From the NCBI GenBank assembly GCA_002269645.1, contig NIVC01001424.1, positions 124,001 through 188,000 of the forward strand: a stretch of 64,000 nucleotides of DNA. The letters are read 5' to 3'. Positions 12,024 to 25,072 of the stretch are shown in pieces. This DNA comes from Macrostomum lignano (taxonomy: Eukaryota). The notes under the pieces are model-generated. The model had not been told where the DNA came from. It did no database searches and worked only from the letters and a program-made list of their open reading frames with translations. A program made the position numbers and the translations under genes. Every line of letters starts with the position of its first letter. Position 1 is the first letter of the stretch.

Positions 12024-13119
12024 AACTGGTTATCTGTCTTCTGTGAGCAACTGCTTGCAAGCAACTTATATAATAGTTCAACCTATACATTCTTAGAGCT
12101 TTTGAGTTAAAGAGTTATTTATTTTTCAAAGTTGAAGAGCAGTTTGAAAATATATTTGCTACGAGAGAGAGTTGGAGAGAAATCCAGAGAGAAATACTAA
12201 GAGTTGCACTGTGACCCTCTGATCTGGCATAATCTAGACTATAGGCTGTACACTGGGAAATCCCAACATGAATACAATCTACTTTGGTAACAGATATTTC
12301 CGTAATAGCCACTTTGTTAACAAAAAATGACCACTTTGGTAATAGCCACTTCGGTAACAAAGCAGATTTACAAATTTCAACACTTTAAGCAATAACTAGT
12401 TTAAAATAAACTTTTCAAATATCTTATTGCCATATAAATATAATTAAACTTTTGGGTTTAACTGTATTATAATTTGTTTAAAATTGTGTGTTACCTTTGT
12501 GTATACTATGTATAGATTGAAATTGAAAATTTTAATTAATGAACAAAAAAGTAGATTCTGTACTTTTAAGTTGCTATTTGCTGATCAGAGATTTTAATGT
12601 ACACAATACACAATATTTGGTCAATTATAGGATGTCTTGGGTGCATATTTCTGACTCATCTGGAAATTAAAATAGATTGGTTAAAACACTGTTAAAAGAG
12701 TTAAACATATGTAGGTACACATGTGTTTTGTCATTTCTTTCTTTAAAGTTTGTTCACACATTCTTTTGGAGCATATCAATTAATACATACTATATTATTC
12801 TCACTTGTTACCAAAGTGGCTGTTACCAAAATGCCTGTTACTATCCTAGTGACCTAGCATACATATTGCCTTTTGAATTGCAAATATTTTCAAATGAAAT
12901 AATATAAGTTTTTGAACAAATAAAAGCTACATACATATAAACCTTTTAGAGTTGTACAAGTTTGCCAGAAATATGCATACTAAATGTGCAAGTTTTTGTA
13001 AGCATGCATAGAATGTGTCTAGGATTTTGTACAAAAATTTCATTTTAGGAAAACACTAAGCTAGGCCTATATTTAAAATAAGTTAAATTTAAAAAATCCA
13101 TGTCATAAAGTTTACTCAC

Positions 13120-13191
13120 TGATTTTGAAGCTCCACCAAGGGACTGGACTGGTTTTCTTCGATATTCACCAGTAAATAGAGGTAAATTCAT
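13120..13191 (-). CDS. UBE3C: UBE3C-like HECT E3 ligase, coding exon 1 (MNLPLFTGEYRRKPVQSLGGASKS)
   Basis: ATG at 13191, 24 codons, phase-0 donor GTGAGT at 13119. FTGEYRRKPVQSLGGAS matches the UBE3C/UBE3B N-terminal FxGxFxxxPxxSLGGAS motif and joins in phase to exon 6342. Confidence 0.85.
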
Positions 13192-15299
13192 GTTCAATTT
13201 AGGCTTCTAGTCTAGACAAAGTCAAAGATGTAGTAATATTTAAGGCCTTGTTAAATTAGTTTTAGGCCTATAAAACAGTTTATTATCTAGTATAGAGGCA
13301 CAATTAGGCCCAGTAGGCCAAATTTAGAAAATTGTGAAGCCTATAAGAAATGATCTTAACTTGACTGAAGAGAGCAGGCAGGCTAGGGAAATCAGGAAGG
13401 TACTTAGTGATGGCTGATGCTTTTTAATTAAATAATAATTATAGGTTAGTTATCACTTAGTGACAACAGTGATAATTGATAAAAGAAATAAAATGAACCC
13501 AATTCTTTACTTATCCAGGCCTACACTACAGTTTATTAAAATAATGGTATTAGGTCCTAGGCCTAGTATTTCTTCTAATATTATAGATCTTGAAATCTAA
13601 GGCAAGACAGTCTCACTTTCAGTCATAGGGTAATTAGGGTTATAAATAAGGTGAAGTATATTATAAAACTAAGTGCATCTATCTGCAACTATGAAGAGAT
13701 AATATATGAATATTGTTGAAATTTTTTACGCTAAATTTACAGAAATTACTTTGACTTGTGAAGAAACAAGGAGTCAAGGTGTCAGGTCGTGCCAGAAACT
13801 TGTGAAAGAGCTCTGTAAGCTTAAAGCACATTAAACTTGTTTAAGTTGTTTTATAAAATCAAACTCCAGTATGCAATTTAGTCTTGGTGCCAAAATAATT
13901 AGAAATCATTGTGCATAATAGAACGCTAGCTTAGGTTAAAATCCTAAGGTTCGAATATTTTTTAAATATTTTTATTGGAAAAAAAGTGGGTTTGACTACT
14001 CTTAATAAAATACTTACTTTAAAAATCGTTATAGTATGCTAAAAGTTCCGGCGTGGCACGAAGGAAGATACGTTCTCTTACCAAATTCATCGTTATTAAC
14101 CAGGCCTGTTTTGCAAAAACATCGGGAATATAACATGAAAAACTCCCGATGCCTATCGAGCCGTAACATGTTACCGTGTTACAAAATACGGTGGATTTCC
14201 GTTTTCTAGGAAACCATATCTAGTGCGCAATAGCTATATCGACTGTAGCATTATATAAGCACTGACTTATTTTTATTAGTATATACCAAATATACTAAAT
14301 AGTATACTAATAATACTAGTGCTAGTGGTCGTGGATAGTATAGTGGATTTTTAGTTTGAAGCTTTGCTGCGCCAGCCGTGTCCCACTCGTGAGGCCATTC
14401 TATCCTTGGAAAACACGGCCTTGCAGCCCAGTAATGAATGCAGCGGTGTAGCGCTGCATGTATTTCTGGCTTTATTTTACGTTGTATTTAATACATTTGC
14501 GCACGTATGCACCAGCCGGTTCTATAAGCCACGGGTGATATTGGTAAACAAGTGTACAATTCAAATTGCATTTTAGCTAGCTAAATTAAAATAAGCCTGC
14601 CTATATATAAAATTTTACCACTTGCCAATTAGTTAGGCTTACACTTTACAGATTTATTTATTGCTCTTTAGACTTTGGAATCATTTAAAATTTACGTAAC
14701 TATCCAATTTTTTGTTTAGCCTAGGCAAAATGCATATTTAATAAGCTTTCTAGGCTTCTAAAATCTAATAGCCTTCTATTTCAAATCATTGATTATTTTC
14801 TACTATTGACTAGTAGGTCTAAGTCTAAAATATTTTCTTTTCTTTTGTGTTATAAAGCCTTTATGCTATATTAGAATATGTTTTTTTAATGATAATAAGA
14901 ATCTTTTTTTCTTTGGATCTAAAATTCATTTGGTTCTTTAATTTAAGTAGCTTAGGCCTATCTTTTTATAAGACCTAAGCCTAGCCTATGTTTATAATGT
15001 TTTATATTAAAATGTTTTAATAATATTGTTTTATGGGAATCAAAAGTAGGAATATAACTATATAAGATAAAGCATGCCTAAAATAAAAATCTTTTTGAAA
15101 TAATTAGCCATAGTCTAATCAACTATAAAGTCATGATATCCTTCTAGTTGTGACCTTTTTTCCCTCTAATGCTAGACCTTACCTTTTTCTTTCTAGCCTA
15201 TATTCTCTTCTTTAGAGCCTCACCTTCTTTTCCCTTCAGTATTGCCCTCCTCTCCAGTCCCACAATGTTTTCCCATTAAATTCTTACCCTTTTTTCATA

Positions 15300-16640
15300 A
15301 TCTCACCCTCCTACCCTCTAGCCCCACCTTCCTAGCCTCTAGTTCCACTATCCTACCCTCCAGCTCCACCCTCCTTCCCTCTAGCCCCACCCTCCCCTCC
15401 AGCTTCCACCCTCTTCTCTCCTCTAGACCCATCCCTTCTCTCCAGCCCCACCCCTTCCCTCTAGCCCCACCCCTTCCCTCTAGCCCCACCCCTTCCCTCC
15501 AGCCCCACCCCTTTCCTCTAGCCCTAACCCTCCCCTCCAGCTTCCACCCTCTTCTACCCTCTAGCCCCACCCTCCTTCCCTCCAGCCCCACCCTCCTTCC
15601 CTCCAGCCCCACCCTCCTACCCTCTAGCCCTACCCTCCTTCCCTCCAGCCCCACCCTCCTACCCTCTAGCCCCACCCCCTTCCCTCCAGCCCCACCCTCC
15701 TACCCTCAAGCCCTGCCCTCCCAGCTTCCACCCTCTTCTCCCCTGCAGCCCCACCCTCCTACCCTCCAGCCCCGCCCTCCCTTCCAGCTTCCACCCTCTT
15801 CTCCACTCCAGCCCCACCCTCCTACCCTCCAGCCCCACCCTCCTACCCTCTAGCCCCACCTTCCTAGCCTCTAGTTTCACTATCCTACCTTCCAGCCCCA
15901 CCCTCCTTCCCTCCAGCCCCGCCCTCCCTTCCAGCTTCCACCCTCTTCTCCACTCCAGCCCCACCCACCTACCCTCCAGCCCCACCCTCCTACTTTCTAG
16001 CCCCACCCTCCCCTCCAGTTTCCAACCTCTTCTCCTCTCCAGCCCCACCCTCCTTCCCTCCAGCCCCACCCCCTTCCCTACAGCCTCACCCTCCTCCCCT
16101 CCAGCCTCACCCTCCTCCCCTCCAGCCTCACCCTCCTACCCTCTAGCCCCACCTTCCTAGCCTCTAGTTCCACTATCCTACCTTCCAGCCCCACCCTCCT
16201 TCCCTCTAGCCCCACCCTCCTTCCCTGCAGCCTCACCCTCTTCTCTCCGCTAGCCTCATCCTCCTCTCTAGCCCTCACCCTTTCTCCTCTCTAACATCAC
16301 CTTTTCTCCTCCAACCTCGTCCTCCTACCCTCTAGCCTCTACTCTCTTCTTTCCTTCAATACCCCCTCGTCCCCTCTAGCCCTACTATGTCCTCCAGTTG
16401 AATCCTCACCCTTTTCTCCCCAAAAACCTACCCTCTCCTTTCTTCCAGCCCCTATCCTTCTCTCCAGGACCTACCCTTGTTCTCTTTCAGCCTCGCTCTC
16501 ATGTCCCCTCCAGCCCCACCCCCTTCTTCCCCCAGCCCCACTCTCTCCTCTTCAGCCCCATCCTCTCCTCCCCTCCAGCCTCACCCTCTCCTACCCCAGC
16601 CTCAACCTCTTCGCCCCTCCAGCCCCACCCTATTTTCCTA
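15300..16640. repeat. Polypyrimidine (CT-rich) degenerate ~21-bp minisatellite, left arm
   Basis: CCCTCTAGCCCCACCCTCCTA-like units; mirrored as a purine-rich tract at 23360-24960. Confidence 0.92.
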
Positions 16641-16730
16641 TTCAGCCTCACCCTTTCTCGTAGCTCTGCTAATAAAATTTAATTATCCTTTTCAGAAGTG
16701 AAAAATAATATTTCTATTTTCTCTCTTCAG

Positions 16731-17598
16731 AATGTCCTCGCACCGGTCTTGAGGTCATACCACGTGCCGGAGCGACTGGTCGCAGCAACCATAACTCTCT
16801 TCTAGGAGACCCTGGCCGCCGTGGTGACACCTGACGGACTATCCGACCTGTTCAACACGACCTCAGGGATGCTGCAAGGCGACACGCTTGCGTCCAACCG
16901 TTTCGTGTTGGTGCTCGATGGGGTGCTACGTAGGGCCCTGCCAACAGATGAGGACAGCTTCCTACTGTGCCGGCAAACAAGCTGCCGCCAATCGGAGAAG
17001 CGGCTGTCACTCATGGGTTACGCCGACGACCTGGCGCTGCCCGCCTCTACGGCTGAGGGAGCTCAGCGCATGCTAGACAGCCTGGTTGGTGGCAGCTGCG
17101 GCATCGGTCGGGCTAGCGGTGAACATCGAGAAGACGGAGGTGATGACTGTACCTGCGGAGCTGCCTATCAAAATCATCTGCTGGGACACCCGACGGTCAT
17201 GCAGCAGTTCTACCTCGCTGCGCGTGCTTCACGTACCCCGGCGATCTTGTGCCCAGTGTCCAGGAGGACTTGGCGCGACGCAGGGGCCTGGCCTGGGCGG
17301 CCTTCCGCTCCATCCGAGTCGTCCTGCAGAACGCCGCGCTGCCAGACTGCTGCGATCACCTAGCGAGACCCTCCGCAGGCGAAGACATCAGCTGGCGGGC
17401 CACACCATCCACGCGGAGGCCTACTGTTCTCAACCAGTGCAAGACGTCCTGCTGCTCACGATGCAGGGCCCCTGGCACCGGGGCTACGGCCGGGCGAGTC
17501 GCGTCGCGGATTGCCTGTTGGATGGCGCTAAGGTGATTGGCCAGGCGCACGCTGTTGCCGCCTTTAGAGAGCTCGCACTGAGAGAACTGATCTGACAC
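16731..17598 (+). mobile_element. 5'-truncated, frameshifted non-LTR retrotransposon RT fragment (RTE-like)
   Basis: VTPDG...GMLQGDTLA...FVLVLDGVLR...YADDLAL...GLAVNIEKTEVM = RT domains 4-7, followed by EDLARRRGLAWAAF; one in-frame TAG plus frameshifts. Confidence 0.9.
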
Positions 17599-18167
17599 CG
17601 CCTCCCATTGTGAACTGTTACTTTTAACTCAACAATACTGGGTGTGCCTTGTTGTTATTTTCTTTCCAAAATTATTTGCCTAGCTGCGAACTGTGATGGT
17701 GCATATTGCGTACTCGCGATTCAATAGCTTATACTTATTACTGTTTTACTTATTGCCTTCCGGTGTCAATGCTATTTATTGCGTGTAATATTATCGCAAA
17801 ATTCAAGTTCGGGTGTCATTATTTAGCTACTGCCGCTGTTCTGCATTACAATTATTATAGTACTTCGTATCTACTGACGTAACATTGTACCAAAAATTTT
17901 ACATTGCATGGCGCCAAAACCAATCTTGTTGAATGCTACTAGCGTAATAGCCGTTTGAATCGCTTGAAATACATTGTAATGCCTTGCTGTATTGCTTTTG
18001 ACGATCTAAACGACACTGGCTAGACTTCACTGATCCATATGCTCCTCAAGCAAGGTATATGGAAAACAGATTGAGCAGCAAACTTAGTGTTTGATTGATA
18101 GAGACATTGTATAGTTGGATCTTTGGATCACGGATAGAACCAAGGAATCTAGATCTGGAGGCATGCG

Positions 18168-18849
18168 GGGGGAGCGGCGGAAAGCAGCGGAGCTGTTGGG
18201 GGGAGCGGCGGAAAGCAGCGGAGCTGTTGGGGGGAGCGGCGGAAAGCAACGGAGCTGTTGGGGGAAGTGGCGGAAAGCAGCGGAGCTGTTGGGGGAAGCG
18301 GCGGAAAGCAACGGAGCTGTTGGGGGGAGCGGCGGAAAGCAGCGGAGCTGTTGGGGGGAGCGGCGGAATACAGCGGAGCTGCTGGGGGGAGCGGCGGAAA
18401 GCAACGGAGCTGTTGGGGGGAGCGGCGGAAAGCAGCGGAGCTGTTGGGGGGAGCGGCGGAAAGCAACGGAGCTGTTGGGGGAAGTGGCGGAAAGCAGCGG
18501 AGCTGTTGGGGGAAGCGGCGGAAAGCAACGGAGCTGTTGGGGGGAGCGGCGGAAAGCAACGGAGCTGTTGGGGGGGAGCGGCGGAAAGCAGCGGAGCTGT
18601 TGGGGGAGCGGCGGAAAGCAGCGGAGCTGTTGGGGGGAGCGGCGGAAAGCAGCAGAGCTGTTGGGGGAAGCGGCGTAAAGCAGCGGAGCTGCTGGGGGGA
18701 GCGGCGGAAAGCAACGGAGCTGTTGGGGGGAGCGGCGGAAAGCAGCGGAGCTGTTGGGGGGAGCGGCGGAATACAGCGGAGCTGCTGGGGGGAGCGGCGG
18801 AAAGCAACGGAGCTGTTGGGGGGAGCGGCGGAAAGCAGCGGAGCTGTTG
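18168..18849. repeat. GC-rich ~31-bp minisatellite, left arm
   Basis: GCGGCGGAAAGCAGCGGAGCTGTTGGGGGGA units. Confidence 0.95.
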
Positions 18850-19799
18850 GTTTGATAACAGCTGACAGGCTTATTTGCATAGAGCGATGCTATGAGAATG
18901 AATTCAGTCAGTCAGTTTAAGGCAGAAAGCTGGAAGCTCTCTGCCTCTGCCTACCCTTCAACTGAATCGAGTGAACTCGCAGTGCCCGAAGTTGGTTCTA
19001 CATGTACGTATATATACTGTTTTGGCAAACTGGATTACAAAAAGGTACGGCTCATATATTACAGTATGGCTCAGCGCATAAAGCTCAGCCTCCGATCATT
19101 TACTAATTATTTAATGTCGCGAAAGGGGACTCTCAGTCCCCAACATCCTGCATGGTATTTAGGGGGCCTAGGGTCTTGGCCTTGGGCCTTCGACAAGTGA
19201 CTGCCGCAATTTGACTGGGGACTATGAACTCTAAACATTGACACCTCAAGATTAGAGCGGCGGCACTCGAACCAAAATAATGTTGAAGGACTACAGAATA
19301 CATGTATATCATAGAATAGAGAGAAGCTAGTTCATTTAGACATTTTTTATTCTCAATCCCCAATTTTCATTTTCATTTTCATTTCCAAATCTCAATCCCC
19401 GATTGTTAATTCCCTTATATCCCTGATTCCTAATGTTGAAATCCGAATCCAGCTGGTTGATATCCCTCAGAGGGGAATGATGAGGGGAGGCTTCTGAGGA
19501 CCGAGTTGCTGCTTTAGCTATATACGCTCGTACATCTTTAGAAATATGATCCTGTTTTAGGAGTAGAGTAGAAATATGTGAGAGCAGAGTGGAGACAGAA
19601 AATAGTAGGGGAAGTTTAGGGGATATAGGGCATTGGCAACTTCCAACTTTTACGAGAAACTTGTATAAGACTGGTCGGGTCAGGTATCATATTCTTAAGT
19701 TGAATATGACGTAAGTTGGAACTGGGGCACCTTTTACGAAATGTTTGAAAGCTGCCATGCAGCTACATGTATACGAGATCATAGAACAGAGAGAATTGC

Positions 19800-20451
19800 T
19801 AGCTCATTTAGCCCAACCTCAAGAGCCAGAATTCCGAGTGGCAGTCGAAAAATTCTGCCCAGCCACTGAGACCATCAGTTCTGCGGCGCGCCAAGGGAGC
19901 CGACAAAATGATGATCATCGCATGCTACGACAGTTTTGGCATTATTCTCATCCACCGCATTTCTGAGGGCCAAAACATCAACCAAAAGTTTTATCGGAGC
20001 TTCATAACCCACCATCTTCGGCCTGCCTTGCGCAAAAAGCGGCCACACAGACCCTGGAACTTGGTCCACTCCTTCCGCACGACAATGCCAGTTCGCACAC
20101 AGCCCGCATTGTGCAGGACCTACAGCGGGACTATCAGTGGCATGGGAGGTGCTGCCTCATCCTACTTACTCCCCAGACCTCAGTCCCTGCGATTTCAGCC
20201 TTTCCCAAAGCTTAAGAACCAGCTTCAAGGGTATTTAAGGGAACCAGCATCCAGGCAGCGAGATCGGCCGCATTGCAAAAGACCTGTGCGAATCTGGCGC
20301 TGCTGACGGCGTCCACAAGTTGCCTGGCTGCTGGTAGCGCACGATTCAAACCAACGGAAGTTATTTTGAAGGTTTTTGAGCTGTTCACTGTTCTGACACT
20401 CGTTTGCTGAAAATTAATAAGTGTTTAATGAAACTTTTGAGATGACCCTCG
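19800..20451 (+). mobile_element. Tc1/mariner (DD34D mariner-type) transposase 3' remnant with right TIR, in the palindrome spacer
   Basis: Frameshifted segments PNLKSQNSEW...KMMIIAC, HDNASSHTA, HPTYSPDLSPCDF.LFPKLK, LPGCW*...NGSYFEGF*. Ends GAAACTTTTGAGATGACCCTCG, a mariner-like TIR. Confidence 0.88.
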
Positions 20452-21069
20452 GTATAGATGGAAGAATATCTTTAATGCCCTCACGCCTGCTATATGTACA
20501 CTGTACATTCAGAAGTTACGTGCTCTTTTAGCATGGTATTAGATACTCTACATGTATAACATTAAATACATTGAGTGCAAGATGCGTTACATGTACGTAG
20601 CTATATATACAGCATGCATTCTGTAGTCCTTCAACATTATTTTGGTTCGAGTGCCGCCGCTCTAATCTTGAGGTGCCAATGTTTAGAGTTCATAGTCCCC
20701 AGTCAAATTGCGGCAGTCACTTGTCGAAGGCCCCAAGGCCAAGACCCTAGGCCCCCTAAATACCATGCAGGATGTTGGGGACTGAGAGTCCCCTTTCGCG
20801 ACATTAAATAATTAGTAAATGATCGGAGGCTGAGCTTTATGCGCTGAGCCATACTGTAATATATGAGCCGTACCTTTTTGTAATCCAGTTTGCCAAAACA
20901 GTATATATACGTACATGTAGAACCAACTTCGGGCACTGCGAGTTCACTCGATTCAGTTGAAGGGTAGGCAGAGGCAGAGAGCTTCCAGCTTTCTGCCTTA
21001 AACTGACTGACTGAATTCATTCTCATAGCATCGCTCTATGCAAATAAGCCTGTCAGCTGTTATCAAACC

Positions 21070-21836
21070 AACAGCTCCGCTGCTTTCCGCCGCTCCCCCC
21101 AACAGCTCCGTTGCTTTCCGCCGCTCCCCCCAGCAGCTCCGCTGTATTCCGCCGCTCCCCCCAACAGCTCCGCTGCTTTCCGCCGCTCCCCCCAACAGCT
21201 CCGTTGCTTTCCGCCGCTTCCCCCAACAGCTCCGCTGCTTTCCGCCACTTCCCCCAACAGCTCCGTTGCTTTCCGCCGCTCCCCCAACAGCTCCGCTGCT
21301 TTCCGCCGCTCCCCCCAACAGCTCCGCTGCTTTCCGCCGCTTACACCAACAGCTCCGCTGCTTTCCGCCGCTCCCCCCAACAGCTCCGCTGCTTTACGCC
21401 GCTTCCCCCAACAGCTCTGCTGCTTTCCGCCGCTCCCCCAACAGCTCCGCTGCTTTCCGCCGCTCCCCCAACAGCTCCGCTGCTTTCCGCCGCTCCCCCA
21501 ACAGCTCCGCTGCTTTCCGCCGCTCCCCCCAACAGCTCCGCTGCTTTCCGCCACTTCCCCCAACAGCTCCGCTGCTTTCCGCCGCTCCCCCCAACAGCTC
21601 CGTTGCTTTCCGCCGCTCCCCCAGCAGCTCCGCTGTATTCCGCCGCTCCCCCCAACAGCTCCGTTGCTTTCCGCCGCTTCCCCCAACAGCTCCGCTGCTT
21701 TCCGCCACTTCCCCCAACAGCTCCGTTGCTTTCCGCCGCTCCCCCAACAGCTCCGCTGCTTTCCGCCGCTCCCCCAACAGCTCCGCTGCTTTCCGCCGCT
21801 CCCCCAACAGCTCCGCTGCTTTCCGCCGCTCCCCCG
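21070..21836. repeat. GC-rich ~31-bp minisatellite, right arm (inverted, different unit order and length)
   Basis: CCCCCAACAGCTCCGCTGCTTTCCGCCGCT units. Confidence 0.95.
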
Positions 21837-22403
21837 CATGCCTCCAGATCTAGATTCATTGGTTCTATCCGTGATCCAAAGATCCAACTATACAATGTCT
21901 CTATCAATCAAACACTAAGTTTGCTGCTCAATCTGTTTTCCATATACCTTGCTTGAGGAGCATATGGATCAGTGAAGTCTAGCCAGTGTCGTTTAGATCG
22001 TCAAAAGCAATACAGCAAGGCATTACAATGTATTTCAAGCGATTCAAACGGCTATTACGCTAGTAGCATTCAACAAGATTGGTTTTGGCGCCATGCAATG
22101 TAAAATTTTTGGTACAATGTTACGTCAGTAGATACGAAGTACTATAATAATTGTAATGCAGAACAGCGGCAGTAGCTAAATAATGACACCCGAACTTGAA
22201 TTTTGCGATAATATTACACGCAATAAATAGCATTGACACCGGAAGGCAATAAGTAAAACAGTAATAAGTATAAGCTATTGAATCGCGAGTACGCAATATG
22301 CACCATCACAGTTCGCAGCTAGGCAAATAATTTTGGAAAGAAAATAACAACAAGGCACACCCAGTATTGTTGAGTTAAAAGTAACAGTTCACAATGGGAG
22401 GCG

Positions 22404-23271
22404 GTGTCAGATCAGTTCTCTCAGTGCGAGCTCTCTAAAGGCGGCAACAGCGTGCGCCTGGCCAATCACCTTAGCGCCATCCAACAGGCAATCCGCGACG
22501 CGACTCGCCCGGCCGTAGCCCCGGTGCCAGGGGCCCTGCATCGTGAGCAGCAGGACGTCTTGCACTGGTTGAGAACAGTAGGCCTCCGCGTGGATGGTGT
22601 GGCCCGCCAGCTGATGTCTTCGCCTGCGGAGGGTCTCGCTAGGTGATCGCAGCAGTCTGGCAGCGCGGCGTTCTGCAGGACGACTCGGATGGAGCGGAAG
22701 GCCGCCCAGGCCAGGCCCCTGCGTCGCGCCAAGTCCTCCTGGACACTGGGCACAAGATCGCCGGGGTACGTGAAGCACGCGCAGCGAGGTAGAACTGCTG
22801 CATGACCGTCGGGTGTCCCAGCAGATGATTTTGATAGGCAGCTCCGCAGGTACAGTCATCACCTCCGTCTTCTCGATGTTCACCGCTAGCCCGACCGATG
22901 CCGCAGCTGCCACCAACCAGGCTGTCTAGCATGCGCTGAGCTCCCTCAGCCGTAGAGGCGGGCAGCGCCAGGTCGTCGGCGTAACCCATGAGTGACAGCC
23001 GCTTCTCCGATTGGCGGCAGCTTGTTTGCCGGCACAGTAGGAAGCTGTCCTCATCTGTTGGCAGGGCCCTACGTAGCACCCCATCGAGCACCAACACGAA
23101 ACGGTTGGACGCAAGCGTGTCGCCTTGCAGCATCCCTGAGGTCGTGTTGAACAGGTCGGATAGTCCGTCAGGTGTCACCACGGCGGCCAGGGTCTCCTAG
23201 AAGAGAGTTATGGTTGCTGCGACCAGTCGCTCCGGCACGTGGTATGACCTCAAGACCGGTGCGAGGACATT
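22404..23271 (-). mobile_element. Mirror copy of the RTE-like RT fragment
   Basis: Translations identical to 16731-17598, including the disablements. Confidence 0.9.
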
Positions 23272-23359
23272 CTGAAGAGAGAAAATAGAAATATTATTTT
23301 TCACTTCTGAAAAGGATAATTAAATTTTATTAGCAGAGCTACGAGAAAGGGTGAGGCTG

Positions 23360-24960
23360 AATAGGAAAATAGGGTGGGGCTGGAGGGGCGAAGAGGTTGA
23401 GGCTGGGGTAGGAGAGGGTGAGGCTGGAGGGGAGGAGAGGATGGGGCTGAAGAGGAGAGAGTGGGCTGGGGAAGAAGGGGGTGGGGCTGGAGGGGACATG
23501 AGAGCGAGGCTGAAAGAGAACAAGGGTAGGTCCTGGAGAGAAGGATAGGGGCTGGAAGAAAGGAGAGGGTAGGTTTTTGGGGAGAAAAGGGTGAGGATTC
23601 AACTGGAGGACATAGTAGGGCTAGAGGGGACGAGGGGGTATTGAAGGAAAGAAGAGAGTAGAGGCTAGAGGGTAGGAGGACGAGGTTGGAGGAGAAAAGG
23701 TGATGTTAGAGAGGAGAAAGGGTGAGGGCTAGAGAGGAGGATGAGGCTAGCGGAGAGAAGAGGGTGAGGCTGCAGGGAAGGAGGGTGGGGCTAGAGGGAA
23801 GGAGGGTGGGGCTGGAAGGTAGGATAGTGGAACTAGAGGCTAGGAAGGTGGGGCTAGAGGGTAGGAGGGTGAGGCTGGAGGGGAGGAGGGTGAGGCTGGA
23901 GGGGAGGAGGGTGAGGCTGTAGGGAAGGGGGTGGGGCTGGAGGGAAGGAGGGTGGGGCTGGAGAGGAGAAGAGGTTGGAAACTGGAGGGGAGGGTGGGGC
24001 TAGAAAGTAGGAGGGTGGGGCTGGAGGGTAGGTGGGTGGGGCTGGAGTGGAGAAGAGGGTGGAAGCTGGAAGGGAGGGCGGGGCTGGAGGGAAGGAGGGT
24101 GGGGCTGGAAGGTAGGATAGTGAAACTAGAGGCTAGGAAGGTGGGGCTAGAGGGTAGGAGGGTGGGGCTGGAGGGTAGGAGGGTGGGGCTGGAGTGGAGA
24201 AGAGGGTGGAAGCTGGAAGGGAGGGCGGGGCTGGAGGGTAGGAGGGTGGGGCTGCAGGGGAGAAGAGGGTGGAAGCTGGGAGGGCAGGGCTTGAGGGTAG
24301 GAGGGTGGGGCTGGAGGGAAGGGGGTGGGGCTAGAGGGTAGGAGGGTGGGGCTGGAGGGAAGGAGGGTAGGGCTAGAGGGTAGGAGGGTGGGGCTGGAGG
24401 GAAGGAGGGTGGGGCTGGAAGGTAGGATAGTGGAACTAGAGGCTAGGAAGGTGGGGCTAGAGGGTAGGAGGGTGAGGCTGGAGGGGAGGAGGGTGAGGCT
24501 GGAGGGGAGAAGAGGTTGGAAACTGGGAGGGTGGGGCTAGAGGGTAGTAGGGTGGCGCTGGAGGTAGGAGGGTGGGGCTGGAGGGGAGAAGAGGGTGGAA
24601 GCTGGAAGGGAGGGCGGGGCTGGAGGGTAGGAGGGTGGGGCTGGAGGGAAGGAGGGTAGGGCTAGAGGGAAGGAGGGTGGGGCTAGAGGGTAGGAGGGTT
24701 GGGCTGGAGGGGAGAAGAGGGTGGAAGCTGGAGGGGAGGGTTAGGGCTAGAGGAAAGGGGTGGGGCTGGAGGGAAGGGTGGGGCTAGAGGGAAGGGGTGG
24801 GGCTAGAGGGAAGGGGTGGGGCTGGAGAGAAGGGATTGGTCTAGAGGAGAGAAGAGGGTGGAAGCTGGAGGGGAGGGTGGGGCTAGAGGGAAGGAGGGTA
24901 GGGCTGGAGGGTAGGATAGTGGAACTAAAGGCTAAGAAGGTGGGGCTATAGGGTACGAGG
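23360..24960. repeat. Polypurine (GA-rich) degenerate minisatellite, right arm
   Basis: GGGGCTGGAGGGTAGGAGGGT-like units. Confidence 0.92.
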
Positions 24961-25072
24961 GTGAGATTATGAAAAAAGGATAAGAATTTAATGGGAAAAC
25001 ATTGTGGGACTGGAGAGGAGGGTAACACTGAAGGGAAAAGAAGGTGGGGCTTTAGAGAACAGAATATGGGCT

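Larger units (their letters stand above)
14085..19300. repeat. Left arm of a ~13-kb inverted duplication
   Basis: Reverse complement of ~20615-27120. Anchors: 14371<->26970, 16802<->23200, 17598<->22404, 19299<->20618. Mirrored identical ORFs appear in the ORF track. Confidence 0.95.

Noticed and set aside
12270-12855. MITE with CCACTTTGGTAACA subterminal repeats
   Set aside because: Inverted subterminal motifs are present, but I could not define matching termini or a TSD.
13328-13826. Possible plus-strand micro-exons (13328-13399 KIVKPIRND...; ~13742-13826 ITLTCEETRSQ...)
   Set aside because: They have AG/GT borders, but the phases do not join, I recognise no homology, and they lie in AT-rich DNA where such patterns arise by chance.
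15242-24951. Many long Pro/Ser- or Gly/Glu/Arg-rich ORFs in the palindrome arms
   Set aside because: They are artefacts of the CT-rich and GC-rich minisatellites, open in several frames on both strands.
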